From an uncultured delta proteobacterium (lineage in GTDB: Bacteria; Desulfobacterota; Syntrophorhabdia; Syntrophorhabdales; WCHB1-27), in contig CAWEPK010000008.1 in assembly GCA_963810935.1 (NCBI GenBank), positions 767,483 to 831,482 on the forward strand: a stretch of 64,000 bases of DNA, read 5' to 3'. The notes below the pieces were generated by a model that saw only the letters and a program-made list of their open reading frames with translations, had not been told where the DNA came from and made no database searches. Numbering within the stretch: position 1 is the stretch's first letter; each line of letters opens with the position of its first letter. The position numbers were made by a program, and so were the translations under genes. Positions 40,501-51,560 of this stretch are shown here, one piece after another.

Positions 40501-42100
40501 CTATCCTTGCTCGAACCCTTTGTTCAGCGCCTCTCCGGCAGCCTTTACATATTCATTCCCGAGCTTCGCTTTTTCTATCTTGCCGGCGGGATTGCGGGGT
40601 ATCTCCGCATACGCGAATTTCTCGGGCCATTTATACTTGGCGAGACCCATCTCTCTGCAAAAGTCTATGACTTCCCGGTCCTCGATGACGGCGCCGGCCC
40701 TCGGCTGGATTATCGCCATCCCGATTTCGACAAGGCGCGGATGGGGATACCCGATGACCGCAGCGTCTTTGATCTTGGGATGCTTGCGAAGTATGTCCTC
40801 TATCTCTGCCGGGAATATGTTTTCGCCGCCGCGTATGATCAGGTCTTTTGCCCTGTCCGCAAAATAGAGGTAGCCGTCTTCGTCGTAGTAGGCCAGGTCC
40901 CCGGTATGGAGCCACCCGTCCGTTACCGTCTGTGCTGTCATCACCGGATTGAATGCGTACTCTTTCATCAAACGGGGGCCTTTGACGAGCATCTCACCGA
41001 CAGTACCGGGAGGCGAGCTCGTTCCCCCGGCTGTCGACGATCTTCACATCCATGAACGGACCGGGCTGGCCGATGGAGCCCGCTTTCCTCACGATATCCT
41101 CGTCGTACAAAGCCACCGAGCACCCGCCGCCGCCCTCCGTAATGCCGTACGTATTCATCATCTTCAGGCCGGGGAAGAACCGTTTACCCTCCTCGATGAT
41201 GACCCTGGGGACGGGTTGAGCCCCCATTGCAATGTACCGTAATCGGGAGAGATCGTAGTCGCCTATGTTTATCTCTCCCGATTTGACTGCGTTGAGAATA
41301 TCGGACCAGATCGGAACGCTTATCCAGCCGCCCGTGGCTTTCTCCACCGCTATAGACTCTATCAACGACTTCGGCTGGAGCTCCATCGGCATGAGCACCT
41401 TGCCCGCAGACATGTATTCAGCAAACGAGTAGAAGAGCGAGCCGCTGTGATAAAGGGGATGCGGGGCTATATAGACGCTCTCGTAACCCTCGCCGAAGGT
41501 GAGCGCATTGCTTATAGCGATGTAAAAAAGAGTCTCGTGGGTGTGACAAACGGGCTTGGGCGCGCCCGTTGTGCCTGACGTGAACATCAGCTCCGCCATG
41601 TCGCCGTCTTGCGTGTCGGCAAGAATAGCCGATCTGTCCCCCCGTTCCAATGCCTCCGCGTAAGGCGTCACAAACTCCGGCAGCCCTGTCCCGACGCCTA
41701 TGAACCGCTGCACGTAGTCGAGCTGATTCACTATGGGCTCTATCTTCGATACAAGAGCCGCATCAACGACGAGGACCTTGCATCTCGCCACGTCGGCGGC
41801 GTATTTCACGTCATTCGCAGCGAACCGGAAATTAAGAGGAGTCACGACGGCGCCGGTTTTCAGGACGGCCATGTAAACTACCCACCAGTCCACGCCGTTC
41901 GTCATGAATTGAAGGACGATCTCTCCTTTCCTGACTCCGCATTCCTTCACCATGTAGTTCGCCAGTCTGTCGGTCTTCTCATCGAACTCGCCCCAGGTAA
42001 GACTCCTTCGCAAACCTTTAGAGGGCCAGCTCTCGATCAGGAATTCCCTTTTGGGAAATTTCTTTGCGTTGAGCGCGCAGAACCTCGCAAAGTTCATCAT
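40501..42100 (-). CDS. Acyl-CoA synthetase (AMP-forming); frameshift near 41014
   Basis: FTSGTTGAPK, YGITE, WLHTGD, IIRGGENIFP, GKIEK. Confidence 0.88.
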
Positions 42101-42267
42101 TCTCCCCTATCTCGTTGTCCCCGGAATCGATTTACCAATATCTTGTGAAAGCGCAAGGAAGCCTTGCAACTCGAATATATCCCGGCTTCCTCCGCCTCGG
42201 TCAAATCATCCGGCCAGGATAGCCGGGTGTCCCCCGACACTAACGTAAGTACTAACCGGTCTTCCTG

Positions 42268-43200
42268 TCAATCGCCGTCATGTCGGGCCGCGCCTCCCTC
42301 CTGGTCTTCGTCGTTTCCGAGTTCCGACACGTAGCGGAACCGGGCGACGCCCGGCACTGCGCAGGTCAGGAGAGGGCGTGCGGGCTCGCCTTTCACGTAA
42401 TGGTCCATAAAGGCAAGGCCGTATGAAATCATATGGGAGTGGGCTTTCCTGAAGATGGGGAGGCCCGTCCAGGAAAGATGGTTTGCCCTGTTGAACTCCA
42501 CGTAGTACTTCGGCGGCGGAGTGAGATCGTAGCCTCCCCCCGGCTTGCGGACCGCCGGCGTGACGCCCGGGTCCCATGTGCCCCCCTGATACATGACGGG
42601 CGCCGATACGTTCTTAAGGGTCCCGTAGACGATGAATGGACGGACGTAGGGTGACATTGCAAGGACGGCGCTGACGCCCGGCATTTTCCAGCCGGGCCAG
42701 GCGCCGGCCAGCGCGAGGGCCGTATATCCCCCGAGGGAGTGTCCCGCGAGACCGAGGCGGGACCAATCGGCCTCGCTGTATCGCACGTCGGCTCTGAGAA
42801 CGTCGATAAGGCGGCGGATGTCTTCCCCTCGATCCCGGAACGTTGTTTCGTCCCATTGCTCCGGCTTCCTGAATGGCACCTCGGGTCTTCCGAACAAACT
42901 CGCTTGACCGCCGTGACAGACCGCGTCCCGGTGGTTGGGGGCAAATACGAGATAGCCCGCGGACGCGAAAGCCTCCATAAGAAAGCGCGACTGGATTGCG
43001 CAACCGTGAAACCCGTGAGAAAAGATGATGACGGGCTGCTTCGCCGCCACATACGAGTGCTGAGACCAAACGGTCACGCTCATGCCCGCCATAGTCTCTG
43101 TATGCTCCACGACCTGTGCAGCGCCGATACTCGCGCACAGTAGCACGATCGCTGTAATTATCGGACCAACTATCAGCACCCCGGCTTTTCGTACCTGCAT
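42268..43200 (-). CDS. Secreted alpha/beta hydrolase (dienelactone hydrolase/PAF-AH-like)
   Basis: Signal peptide, FSHG, GHSLGG, D and H triad candidates. Confidence 0.8.
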   Translation of the reverse strand: MQVRKAGVLIVGPIITAIVLLCASIGAAQVVEHTETMAGMSVTVWSQHSYVAAKQPVIIFSHGFHGCAIQSRFLMEAFASAGYLVFAPNHRDAVCHGGQASLFGRPEVPFRKPEQWDETTFRDRGEDIRRLIDVLRADVRYSEADWSRLGLAGHSLGGYTALALAGAWPGWKMPGVSAVLAMSPYVRPFIVYGTLKNVSAPVMYQGGTWDPGVTPAVRKPGGGYDLTPPPKYYVEFNRANHLSWTGLPIFRKAHSHMISYGLAFMDHYVKGEPARPLLTCAVPGVARFRYVSELGNDEDQEGGAARHDGD

Positions 43201-43297
43201 AACTCAATTATAAAGCTTATCCTCGGCCGAGGACAGGCGGTGGATGATTTCGCCCCTGGTGGCCCGCACCGGCGGTTAGCCTGTTTGTTATATAGAC

Positions 43298-43329
43298 AGA
43301 TGGCCAGGGGGGGCGCCCCCCTGGCCATC
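43298..43329. terminator. GC-rich hairpin downstream of the 43359 gene
   Basis: GATGGCCAGGGGGG..CCCCCCTGGCCATC inverted repeat. Confidence 0.55.
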
Positions 43330-43358
43330 CTGAGCCCCGGCTTGTTGCGCGTCGCGGG

Positions 43359-43652
43359 CTAGTTCTTAGGCGTCATTGGAGTAAGCTGATAGAGGCTGCC
43401 GTCATTGAGCATCAAGATTCCGGTCTTCTTTGCCAGGGAAAGCCTGTTGCCCGTCTGCCAGTTCGAATAGAACATGCCGATAATGCAGCCGACCATGAGC
43501 GTGATGAGGAAGTAGAAGAGGAGCTTGTGGACGATCCTCTTCGTCATTTGCTTCTCCTCGCTGGCGAAAATCTCGGTCTTCAACCTCTCGATCAACTCAT
43601 GCGACTCCGCTACCCTGGCTATGAGGGCGTTGTTTTCTCCCGCTATTTCCAT
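43359..43652 (-). CDS. Small protein with coiled-coil N-terminus and one TM helix
   Basis: 97 aa, RBS GGAGAGG, overlaps the stop of the transglycosylase gene. Confidence 0.6.
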   Translation of the reverse strand: MEIAGENNALIARVAESHELIERLKTEIFASEEKQMTKRIVHKLLFYFLITLMVGCIIGMFYSNWQTGNRLSLAKKTGILMLNDGSLYQLTPMTPKN

Positions 43653-44204
43653 GATCCTCTCCTTTTAAGCTGGGTCTCGTACAGTCTCATGACCTCCGTA
43701 GCCTGGTCCCGGGCGTCCTCATTGTCCTTCCCACCTTTATAGCGGGCGACGGCCTCGAACATGTCTCCCTTCGACAGACTCGAGCTTGTCCCGAAGGATC
43801 TCGGCCCCTTCCAGAATATTGACCGACGAAAACTCGGAAAATCGCTTCGTCTGGGCCTCCCCTTTGTATCCCTTCTCGCTCACCGCATCTTTCCTGAACC
43901 CGGACTCCGTATGGAGCAGGCAAACGAGGAGAATGGGGTCGACATGGGTCACGCCGGAGGCGGACCTGATCCATCGGTTGAGGGACGCCACCCTCTCCTT
44001 TGGCGCGCGCAGGTCGATGAGCGTCTCTTTCACTACGTCCTTCTTGGCTATCAGCTTTGGATTTTGACCTATCGGCCTTATATTTTGAGCCGTCGGTCCT
44101 GGAACCGAGAACATCCTTTCGTTTCTGCTGTTCGCATAGAGAAGGCCGGAAATACATAAGATGATGAGAGTGAGCTTTAGTCCTATTTCCGGGTAGCTGA
44201 GCAT
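43643..44204 (-). CDS. Lytic transglycosylase (SLT-like) with N-terminal signal/anchor; frameshift near 43778
   Basis: LLHTESGF catalytic ES motif, GEAQ, and after correction AVARYKGG; strong RBS AAGGAGG. Confidence 0.65.
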
Positions 44205-44814
44205 CGCACGCCCCTCCTTTACCCGAATAAGGCAAATTTGCCTATTCGTCCCTTTGAAATCGTTTTAACAGACTAAACCAAGATTCCTAACCTTCCGTCT
44301 CATCGCTGGCAGGGTTGGCTTCCTTAGGCTCGTTTCCATTGTCACATGACGTTAAACGTTCTGTCAAGGCAAAACAGGGGCAGAGACGCAGCGCGGTCTC
44401 CGACAAGAAACACTTTCCGAATACCTGCACGTTGATATTTCGTGGATTGACAAGCAAATTACCAATAGGCTCGATCGACTGAAAGAGGAATTAGGAGAAG
44501 TACCTTGCGGCGGTTTACTTGCCTGATGCGTGATTGAGCAATACCAGGCAAAGCGGTCAGCTCGCGGCAAGACCCGGAAATATGCCGTGAGCGCCTTCCC
44601 CCGGAGCATCTTCGGTCTGCTATCGACAAAATGCCTCAAGTCATGCAGCCTCAGGATCCAAGCTTTCACGGCGTAACCAGTTGGGCATGGTGTATGAAGG
44701 TAACCTACCTTTCGCGCATCGATCCGTTCAAGGTGCGATGCATCATGCCCCGGTACGCGCACCGAGAGTCCGCCTATCTTGCCGGCATCTTGTCTCCCGG
44801 TCCGCGCAAGGTGC

Positions 44815-45396
44815 TCACAGCCCGCGTCCGTTCACGCCGGCGGCCAGTAAACGCTGCTTGAGACTATCGTTTGAGTAGGCAACATTGAAATTGCTACTGC
44901 AAAACCCGCCGCCGCACCGTTCGGACGACGTGCCATAACTCAACCCTATTGTGACCGTATCAGAGGTACCAGGGGCCTGAAGTCCCTGCCATGCGCTGTA
45001 ATTAGACCCCGATTGCGTTGGCGAGCCGTATTTGGACTGGATGACGGCTAAGAATTGCTGATATGCACGTGATTCCAAATTACCGACACCATCCTCATGA
45101 TGAAAATCGAAGCTGCCGCTGTAAAAGGTGTTGTTGATAAACCAAAATCTCGCATGGCCGTAAGATCCGGCGAGAGTGCCATAATAAGAAAACACGCGAC
45201 TCCCATCATTTATGACGTAATAGTGAGTGGTGTCTCCCTCCGAGATGAACCCTTGCTGCCCCATAGCCTGATCGACCTGGGACTTGCCTGCTCCCCACGA
45301 CACACCGGCAAAACCGTCCGGTCCCGCCGCATACACCGAAAGACCGATGGCGAGAAGACAAAATAGACTGGCAAGCGTGAAAACTTTTCGGTTCAT
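44815..45396 (-). CDS. Secreted hypothetical protein
   Basis: Signal peptide, GFAGVSWG N-terminal motif, KYGSP; RBS GGAGG. Confidence 0.7.
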   Translation of the reverse strand: MNRKVFTLASLFCLLAIGLSVYAAGPDGFAGVSWGAGKSQVDQAMGQQGFISEGDTTHYYVINDGSRVFSYYGTLAGSYGHARFWFINNTFYSGSFDFHHEDGVGNLESRAYQQFLAVIQSKYGSPTQSGSNYSAWQGLQAPGTSDTVTIGLSYGTSSERCGGGFCSSNFNVAYSNDSLKQRLLAAGVNGRGL

Positions 45397-46048
45397 GCTA
45401 TCCCTCCGTAATTCTAAAATAGCCATCTTTGTAGATGCCCTTAATCAAACCGGGTATTTGATAACTCTTGTTTCACTACCATGAACGGGAGACCGTAAAC
45501 AAGATGTTTTTTACCATTGCTGCTCAAGGTCATGTGGAAAATAATGCATGCTCTAACTTCATCGAACCATTATTGACAATTATGTAACTGATGATAATGA
45601 CTGCCATAATGAAGCTATCTACCGCTCGCGGGTAAAGACTGAACCTCCGTGCTGCATGACATCTCCATTAATGACGAAGGTACCCATATTTATTCCCCCC
45701 TTCGTTCCGTACTGTGTTTCATGTAGCATGAGATGCAGACGTTAAACAAGGTTTTTTTAACCTTTCCGCTCATCGCTCAGTATTTCTATCCCGTGTTTCG
45801 GGCTCTGTTTCGAGCATGGATGCATGGTCGGCCGTTGTTCCTCGGCTAACGCCTTGTCGAACGCTTGCCTCTTTCAGAGGCGTTGCTTTCGCAAGCTCCC
45901 CTCTTGATTCCGCTTATTCGACGGCACTAGATTATGACAAGCCACTGGATCGATTTGCGGGCAATAATCAATAACAAAAGGAAGGAAGGGAACGGAAAGA
46001 GAAGTATCCCCCTTCGTTTCCTTGCCGTAAGAAAGTACGGGGCAAGCC

Positions 46049-47758
46049 ATGCCGGCCGGCACGAGGGAAGACTTCGAATTGCTGCCCCTCAACCTGATGG
46101 TGGAGAAGAGCGCGGCCCTGCATGACGGCAGAATTGCCCTCAGAAAGCGTTTCGGCCCCGGCTGGAATGAATACTCCTACAAACAGTTGCTCTCCTCGGT
46201 AAAACGCGTCGCGCGCTTCCTGAAAGAATCAGGCTGCAAGAAAGCGGATCACGTGGGAATACTGGGGGACAACAGCCCCGAGTGGATGATCGCGTATATG
46301 GCGTGTCAATGGCTGGGCGCCGTGGCAGTACCGTTCGATGGGAAGGCGCGGGAAACGGAAATAAGATCGATCATCGTGCACGGCGATGTCACCAGTATTT
46401 TCGTAGATCTTCGGCATCTGGCGCTCATCGAAGGGATTGCCAAAGCAAGCCTTTTGCCATTTCAAATCGCCATCGTCGCGATGGAAGGACACAGCTCTTA
46501 CCACAACATTCCCGCCATTTTGGCAGGCTTTGAGGAAGACCGGGAGGAAAGCAGGGTGGATCTTGACGACCTGGCGATGATCGTCTACACATCAGGGACG
46601 ACCGGGGATCCGAAAGGCGTAATGCTTACGCACAGAAATATCGTCTCCAACATCGATTCCATGCACCAGACGATTCCTTTCGGGGAAAAAGACCGTTTCT
46701 TTTCAGTGCTCCCCCTGTCGCACATGTACGAGCTTACCGCAGGAAACTGCCTCCCCCTCTGCGTTGGCGCCTCCGTTTCGTATTCCAGATCGTTGAAGCC
46801 TCGGGAGATGCTCGAGGACATCAAGGATACGGAGCCGACGATTATGCTTGCCGTGCCCCTTCTTCTCGAAAAGATCCTGGCGGGCTTACACAGGAAACTA
46901 GGAAGCGCTCCCTTACATGTGAAGTGTATGCTTCGATTGATAAAAATAGCTGCAGGGACCTGCAACATTATCCGGGAGGGGCTGGGAAGCGCCATTTTCT
47001 TTCGGAGCCTCAAGGAACGGATGGGATTCGGCAAGCTGAGGTTCTTTGTCTCCGGGGGGTCGGCCCTCTCCATGTCCACCCAGGTCGATCTCGAGCACTT
47101 GGGTTTTAAGGTGCTTCAGGGTTATGGCCTTACCGAAACGGCGCCGGTGCTAACCTGCACGCGTGAAAATGCAATCAAGCCGGGCTGCGCTGGTCAGCCG
47201 TTGCCAAACGTCACAGTGGAGATCGTGAACAGGAACTCGGAAGGGATCGGAGAAATAGCGGTGAAGGGACCCAACGTGATGAAAGGCTATTACAAGAACG
47301 AGGAGGAGACGAAGCGCGTCCTTACCGAGGAAGGATACTTCCTCACTGGGGATGTCGGTTATTTCGACTCCGCGCAGTCTCTCTACATTACGGGCAGGTC
47401 AAAATCGGTTATTGTGACGAAGGGCGGGCTTAATATCTTTCCCGAAGAGATAGAAGAAGTCATGCTCCAATCGCCCCTTATACAGGAAATTATGGTCTTT
47501 GGCGGAATAAATGCGAGAACCGGCGATGAAGAGGTACACGCCATAGTTTATCCCAACGCGGAAAATGTGCTCAATCATTTTTCGAGGAAAGGAGTGATAA
47601 ATCCTGCTCCGGACGATGTCGCGGCCCTGCTGGGTTGCGCAGTAGAAGAATGCGGCAGGAGGCTGGCCGCCTATAAAAGAATCAGGAACATCAGCCTGCG
47701 AGAAACGGAGTTTCCGAAAACAGCACTCAACAAAATCAGGCGGTATCTGCTGCAGTAA
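46049..47758 (+). CDS. Long-chain fatty acid-CoA ligase (AMP-binding)
   Basis: YTSGTTGDPKGVML, QGYGLTET, TGD, ITGRSKSVIV..NIFPEEIE. Confidence 0.9.
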   Translation: MPAGTREDFELLPLNLMVEKSAALHDGRIALRKRFGPGWNEYSYKQLLSSVKRVARFLKESGCKKADHVGILGDNSPEWMIAYMACQWLGAVAVPFDGKARETEIRSIIVHGDVTSIFVDLRHLALIEGIAKASLLPFQIAIVAMEGHSSYHNIPAILAGFEEDREESRVDLDDLAMIVYTSGTTGDPKGVMLTHRNIVSNIDSMHQTIPFGEKDRFFSVLPLSHMYELTAGNCLPLCVGASVSYSRSLKPREMLEDIKDTEPTIMLAVPLLLEKILAGLHRKLGSAPLHVKCMLRLIKIAAGTCNIIREGLGSAIFFRSLKERMGFGKLRFFVSGGSALSMSTQVDLEHLGFKVLQGYGLTETAPVLTCTRENAIKPGCAGQPLPNVTVEIVNRNSEGIGEIAVKGPNVMKGYYKNEEETKRVLTEEGYFLTGDVGYFDSAQSLYITGRSKSVIVTKGGLNIFPEEIEEVMLQSPLIQEIMVFGGINARTGDEEVHAIVYPNAENVLNHFSRKGVINPAPDDVAALLGCAVEECGRRLAAYKRIRNISLRETEFPKTALNKIRRYLLQ

Positions 47759-48007
47759 AGCACATAGCGGATCCGGAATCAGCCGCGTGAGCCATTCCGG
47801 CTGAGCGCCGGGCGGGGTCACGCGGCTGTGCATGTCGTTGACCCGGAGTGACCCTCTCTGTCGCAGCGCAAAAGCCCGATTCCTCTGTTATCGTTGCTTT
47901 TAGTTGGTAATCCCTACTTTATCGCAACTGTCCCTTAGGAATACCCTATTGCAAATCGCAATCGGGAGTTCATCTCGGTTAGAATGGCCGCACCATCATG
48001 CCTTACG

Positions 48008-49207
48008 TCATTTCGTGAAATAAAATATTACGCACCCGTTGTATATCGTATAGAGGTCTATCTCAACGAGGGCGACATTGCTCCACACTATCCCGGAGCC
48101 AACCGCAGCGCTCAACGCGCCGGGCGAGAGTTCTCCCGAGTCGTAGTATCTGTTATTGCCCGTAGTATCCTTCATGTAGACCCTCAATCCTGTTATAAGC
48201 TTGCCGCCTGCCACGGCGCCTTCGTTCGTCCCGTCGCCCAGCCGGTAGTCCCAGCTTAGCGTGCCGATGGTACCGTCGGCGTTAAGGTGCACCGTCGGCA
48301 CTACTACGGGCAGGTCAGAGGGGGCCGTGGACTGGTCAGGCAGAACGAATGTGAGGGGGCCGCCGTTGTATGTAGCCGTATAGTTGCCACCCGGCGGTGT
48401 CGTGGGGCTGAAGGAGTTGGTGCAATACCTCCCCGGACCGTCGGCGACAGCGGCGCCGCTCGAAAGACCCGCGGCGGACGGCAGCGTGAAACTCACTGCT
48501 GAGACAGGCGGCGGATTGGCATCGATGCTCTTGAAGCAGAAATCGAAATGGTCGAACGACAGAGGTGTGCTGACCCTGCCGACTGTGCCGCCCGAGAAAG
48601 CGCCATTGATGTAGTAGCCCATATACGGCAGGAAAAACCTTCCCTCAAGGACGTCAATCACGCCGTTGCCGTTAGCGTCCGGCTCAACCGCCACGGACGA
48701 AAAAGTCGAGCTCAAGAGCCTGAGCGCCCTCACCTCGGCCGGGTTGAAGTCAAAGTCGCCATCGCTGAACGGGTCCCGGCCAGGCAGCACCACACCTCCT
48801 GAAATGGTCATAGTGCTCAGGTTCAAGACGGTACCCTTCAAATCCCCTAGAGGTATGGAGTTGATCAACTCGGCGGAAAACTCGAGATACGGGTTGCCGG
48901 GGCCCACGAAAACCAGGGCTGCCGGGTTCTGATTCGTTGAGTATGCGTAAACACTGAAGCTCCCGTCGGCCGCGACTGTCCCTTTGTTGGGTGCCCCGGC
49001 CCAATCGCGGGTAATGGCAAGCACGGTCGAGAACCCGGTTGAAGACAGTTTCCCTTCAATCGTGACTCCCGCGGGGCCGGGGGGCGGATCTCCGCCGCTG
49101 CTGCTGTGGCCACAGCCGGATGTCAGGGCAACCGCGACGAAGCAGCCGACGAGTAAAGCAGTTCCCGCAAGTCTCATAGGCCCTCCTGCGTTTTCAGCCG
49201 GGGACAT
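48008..49207 (-). CDS. Hypothetical lipoprotein
   Basis: Lipobox LTSGC, Ser/Gly/Pro linker, DANGNGVID Ca-loop-like motif; start may be 49177. Confidence 0.65.
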   Translation of the reverse strand: MSPAENAGGPMRLAGTALLVGCFVAVALTSGCGHSSSGGDPPPGPAGVTIEGKLSSTGFSTVLAITRDWAGAPNKGTVAADGSFSVYAYSTNQNPAALVFVGPGNPYLEFSAELINSIPLGDLKGTVLNLSTMTISGGVVLPGRDPFSDGDFDFNPAEVRALRLLSSTFSSVAVEPDANGNGVIDVLEGRFFLPYMGYYINGAFSGGTVGRVSTPLSFDHFDFCFKSIDANPPPVSAVSFTLPSAAGLSSGAAVADGPGRYCTNSFSPTTPPGGNYTATYNGGPLTFVLPDQSTAPSDLPVVVPTVHLNADGTIGTLSWDYRLGDGTNEGAVAGGKLITGLRVYMKDTTGNNRYYDSGELSPGALSAAVGSGIVWSNVALVEIDLYTIYNGCVIFYFTK

Positions 49208-49700
49208 CGGTCTCTTAGCGCCCTTACCCTCTCTAATCCAATAGTGATCACGTTATCAATTATTGTCAACTAGCGATAAAGAAGAATAGTTTCCTTATCT
49301 TGTGCAGCCATAGGGGCGTTCTTCTTTTAATTGTCAATCAGCACATTACCCTTTTTTTTGCGCATTCACGGATGGCAATCAGAGGCTTCGACATTGCCCT
49401 TTTCATGAGCGCCATTACAGGCTAAGGCGCCATTTATGGCGCATGTAGCCCTCCAGGTGCTCCTTAACGTCTTTAACAGAAAACATCAAAAGATTTTTGT
49501 TATTTTTTTTGAGCGGGACGCTCGGCAACACTACCTGCCGAGTCAACATACATCGGACCTATGGGAGGCATCTCCCATAGGTCCATTTTTATAGCGCCCC
49601 TCTTTCGGCCCTCGCCATTAGCCTCAGGCTTCTCTTAGTGCATGATCTTCCTGACCGGCAGGTGCCATTAAAGCCGGACGCACGGCAGCGAAGAGCTCGC

Positions 49701-51008
49701 TCACTTCCCCATGATCAGATTGGGCAACCAGGTCGCTGTCCCGGGAAACATGAAGAGTATAGCCCCTAAAACAACGAAACTTATCAGAAAGGGGACGACG
49801 CCCGAATAGATCGTATTAAAAGATTCCCCGGTAATGTTCTTCACGATAAAGACGCTGACGGCTACGGGAGGTATGATTGACCCGACCATCAGTGTAACCC
49901 CGACCATGACGCCAAACCACACGGGATCGTACCCGAGTTTCACGACAGCGGGGAACAGGATTGGAGTAATGAGGATGACAAATGCCATGTCGTCGATAAA
50001 AGAACCACCTAACAGATAGAAAAGGAAGATGATGATCATCACCAGGACCCTGTGAAGAGGGAGACTGGTTAGCCAATCGCCCGCAACTTGTGGTATCTGC
50101 GTGATGGCCAGGAAATGACCGAGCACGGCAGAACAGGCAATGATGGTGAGGATCATGAGCGAGGACCTCATCGACTCGTCCACCGAAGCCGCGAAGATCT
50201 TAAAAGACATGCCCTTTTTGATCACGGCAAGGATGAATATGGCAATCGTTCCTATGGTGCCGGCTTCCGTAGGGGTAAACATGCCGGCCATGAGCCCGCC
50301 GATTACTACGCCAAAAATCACGACCACCGATACGAATTCAGGCAGGCTCCGCAATTTGTCTTTCATTGAAAAGGTCTCGGTACTGGGAGGAGCAAGTTTG
50401 GGGTTAATCTTAGACCATACGTAGATTACGGCGATGAATAATCCTGCGATCATCAATCCCGGTATGATTCCTGCAAGGAAGAGCCTGCCTATGGACTGCT
50501 CGGTGATGATGCCGTAAATGATCATACTAATGCTCGGGGGTATCAGCATACCGATGGTTCCGACACTAGCCACTATCCCTGTTGAGAGCCTCTTGCTGTA
50601 GTTGTATCGGCTCATCTGCGGGATTGCCACACTGGAAAATGTTGCGGAAGTCGCGAAAGTCGAACCGCACATAGCCTTAAACATGGTCGCCGCAAGTACT
50701 GTGGCCATGGCTAAACCGCCAGGGACGCGACCAACTAACTTATACGCTGCATCGTATAATCGCTGGGCTATACCTGCATGGAAAGCTATCTGACCCATAA
50801 GCATAAACAGGGGGATGACCGTGAGACCGTACGAACCCAAGGTGTCGTAGAAATCTTGGGTAACTGTATTGAAGGCAACACTAAAACCGGACGTGATTAT
50901 AAGACCGGCAACTCCTACTAATACTATGCCAAAGGCAATCTCGATACCCGTCATGAGAAAGAGAATCAGAAAGACACAGGCGGATATTCCTAAGACGTAC
51001 TCATTCAT
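49701..51008 (-). CDS. dctM: TRAP transporter large permease
   Basis: IPLFMLMG, GMLIPPS, FTPTEAG; paralogue of 37534..38835. Confidence 0.93.
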   Translation of the reverse strand: MNEYVLGISACVFLILFLMTGIEIAFGIVLVGVAGLIITSGFSVAFNTVTQDFYDTLGSYGLTVIPLFMLMGQIAFHAGIAQRLYDAAYKLVGRVPGGLAMATVLAATMFKAMCGSTFATSATFSSVAIPQMSRYNYSKRLSTGIVASVGTIGMLIPPSISMIIYGIITEQSIGRLFLAGIIPGLMIAGLFIAVIYVWSKINPKLAPPSTETFSMKDKLRSLPEFVSVVVIFGVVIGGLMAGMFTPTEAGTIGTIAIFILAVIKKGMSFKIFAASVDESMRSSLMILTIIACSAVLGHFLAITQIPQVAGDWLTSLPLHRVLVMIIIFLFYLLGGSFIDDMAFVILITPILFPAVVKLGYDPVWFGVMVGVTLMVGSIIPPVAVSVFIVKNITGESFNTIYSGVVPFLISFVVLGAILFMFPGTATWLPNLIMGK

Positions 51009-51480
51009 TACCTTTCTCCTCCCTTTCAAACATCTGATAGACAGCGACAATGGCTTCAACTACAAAACTGAATGCCATCACGAATACGACGGGATAGAAA
51101 GGGACCCTTAGAGTCATGGTAACGTTTTTAGTCGCAATAAAGCTGTGTGCCATATCTACGAAATACCAGGCGCCGATCAGGAAGAAGGCAGCCACCAGTA
51201 TCCGTGTAATGATCAAAACAACCAATCTGGCTCTCAAGGATGCCTTCTCGACCACTAAGTCCACTCCCACGTGCGCCTTCATCAGGGAAGAGCGCGGGAG
51301 GACAAAACCGGCAACGGCAACTCCGAGAAATCCGACAACCTCGTAAACGCCCGGGATCGGCGCCCAGAAGATTCGCATTACTATATCCGCGAAGGTGAGC
51401 AGTGCCATGAAGACAAGAATCACTCCTGCCGCCGCAGACATGGCAGTGGACAACGTATAGATGAACTTTCGCATAAACAT
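51001..51480 (-). CDS. dctQ: TRAP transporter small permease
   Basis: DIVMR, AHVGVD, 4 TM. Confidence 0.87.
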   Translation of the reverse strand: MFMRKFIYTLSTAMSAAAGVILVFMALLTFADIVMRIFWAPIPGVYEVVGFLGVAVAGFVLPRSSLMKAHVGVDLVVEKASLRARLVVLIITRILVAAFFLIGAWYFVDMAHSFIATKNVTMTLRVPFYPVVFVMAFSFVVEAIVAVYQMFEREEKGNE

Positions 51481-51560
51481 TCTCCATTCGACCTGGATTA
51501 CGGGGATGCAGCAACGCCGGCGCGATCGCTGCATCCCGAAAAATGCCTATCGCTCAAGGA

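Noticed and set aside
40994..40996. TGA as possible selenocysteine in the CoA ligase
   Set aside because: The downstream part is in a different frame; a frameshift at ~41014 restores ELPPGTVGEML
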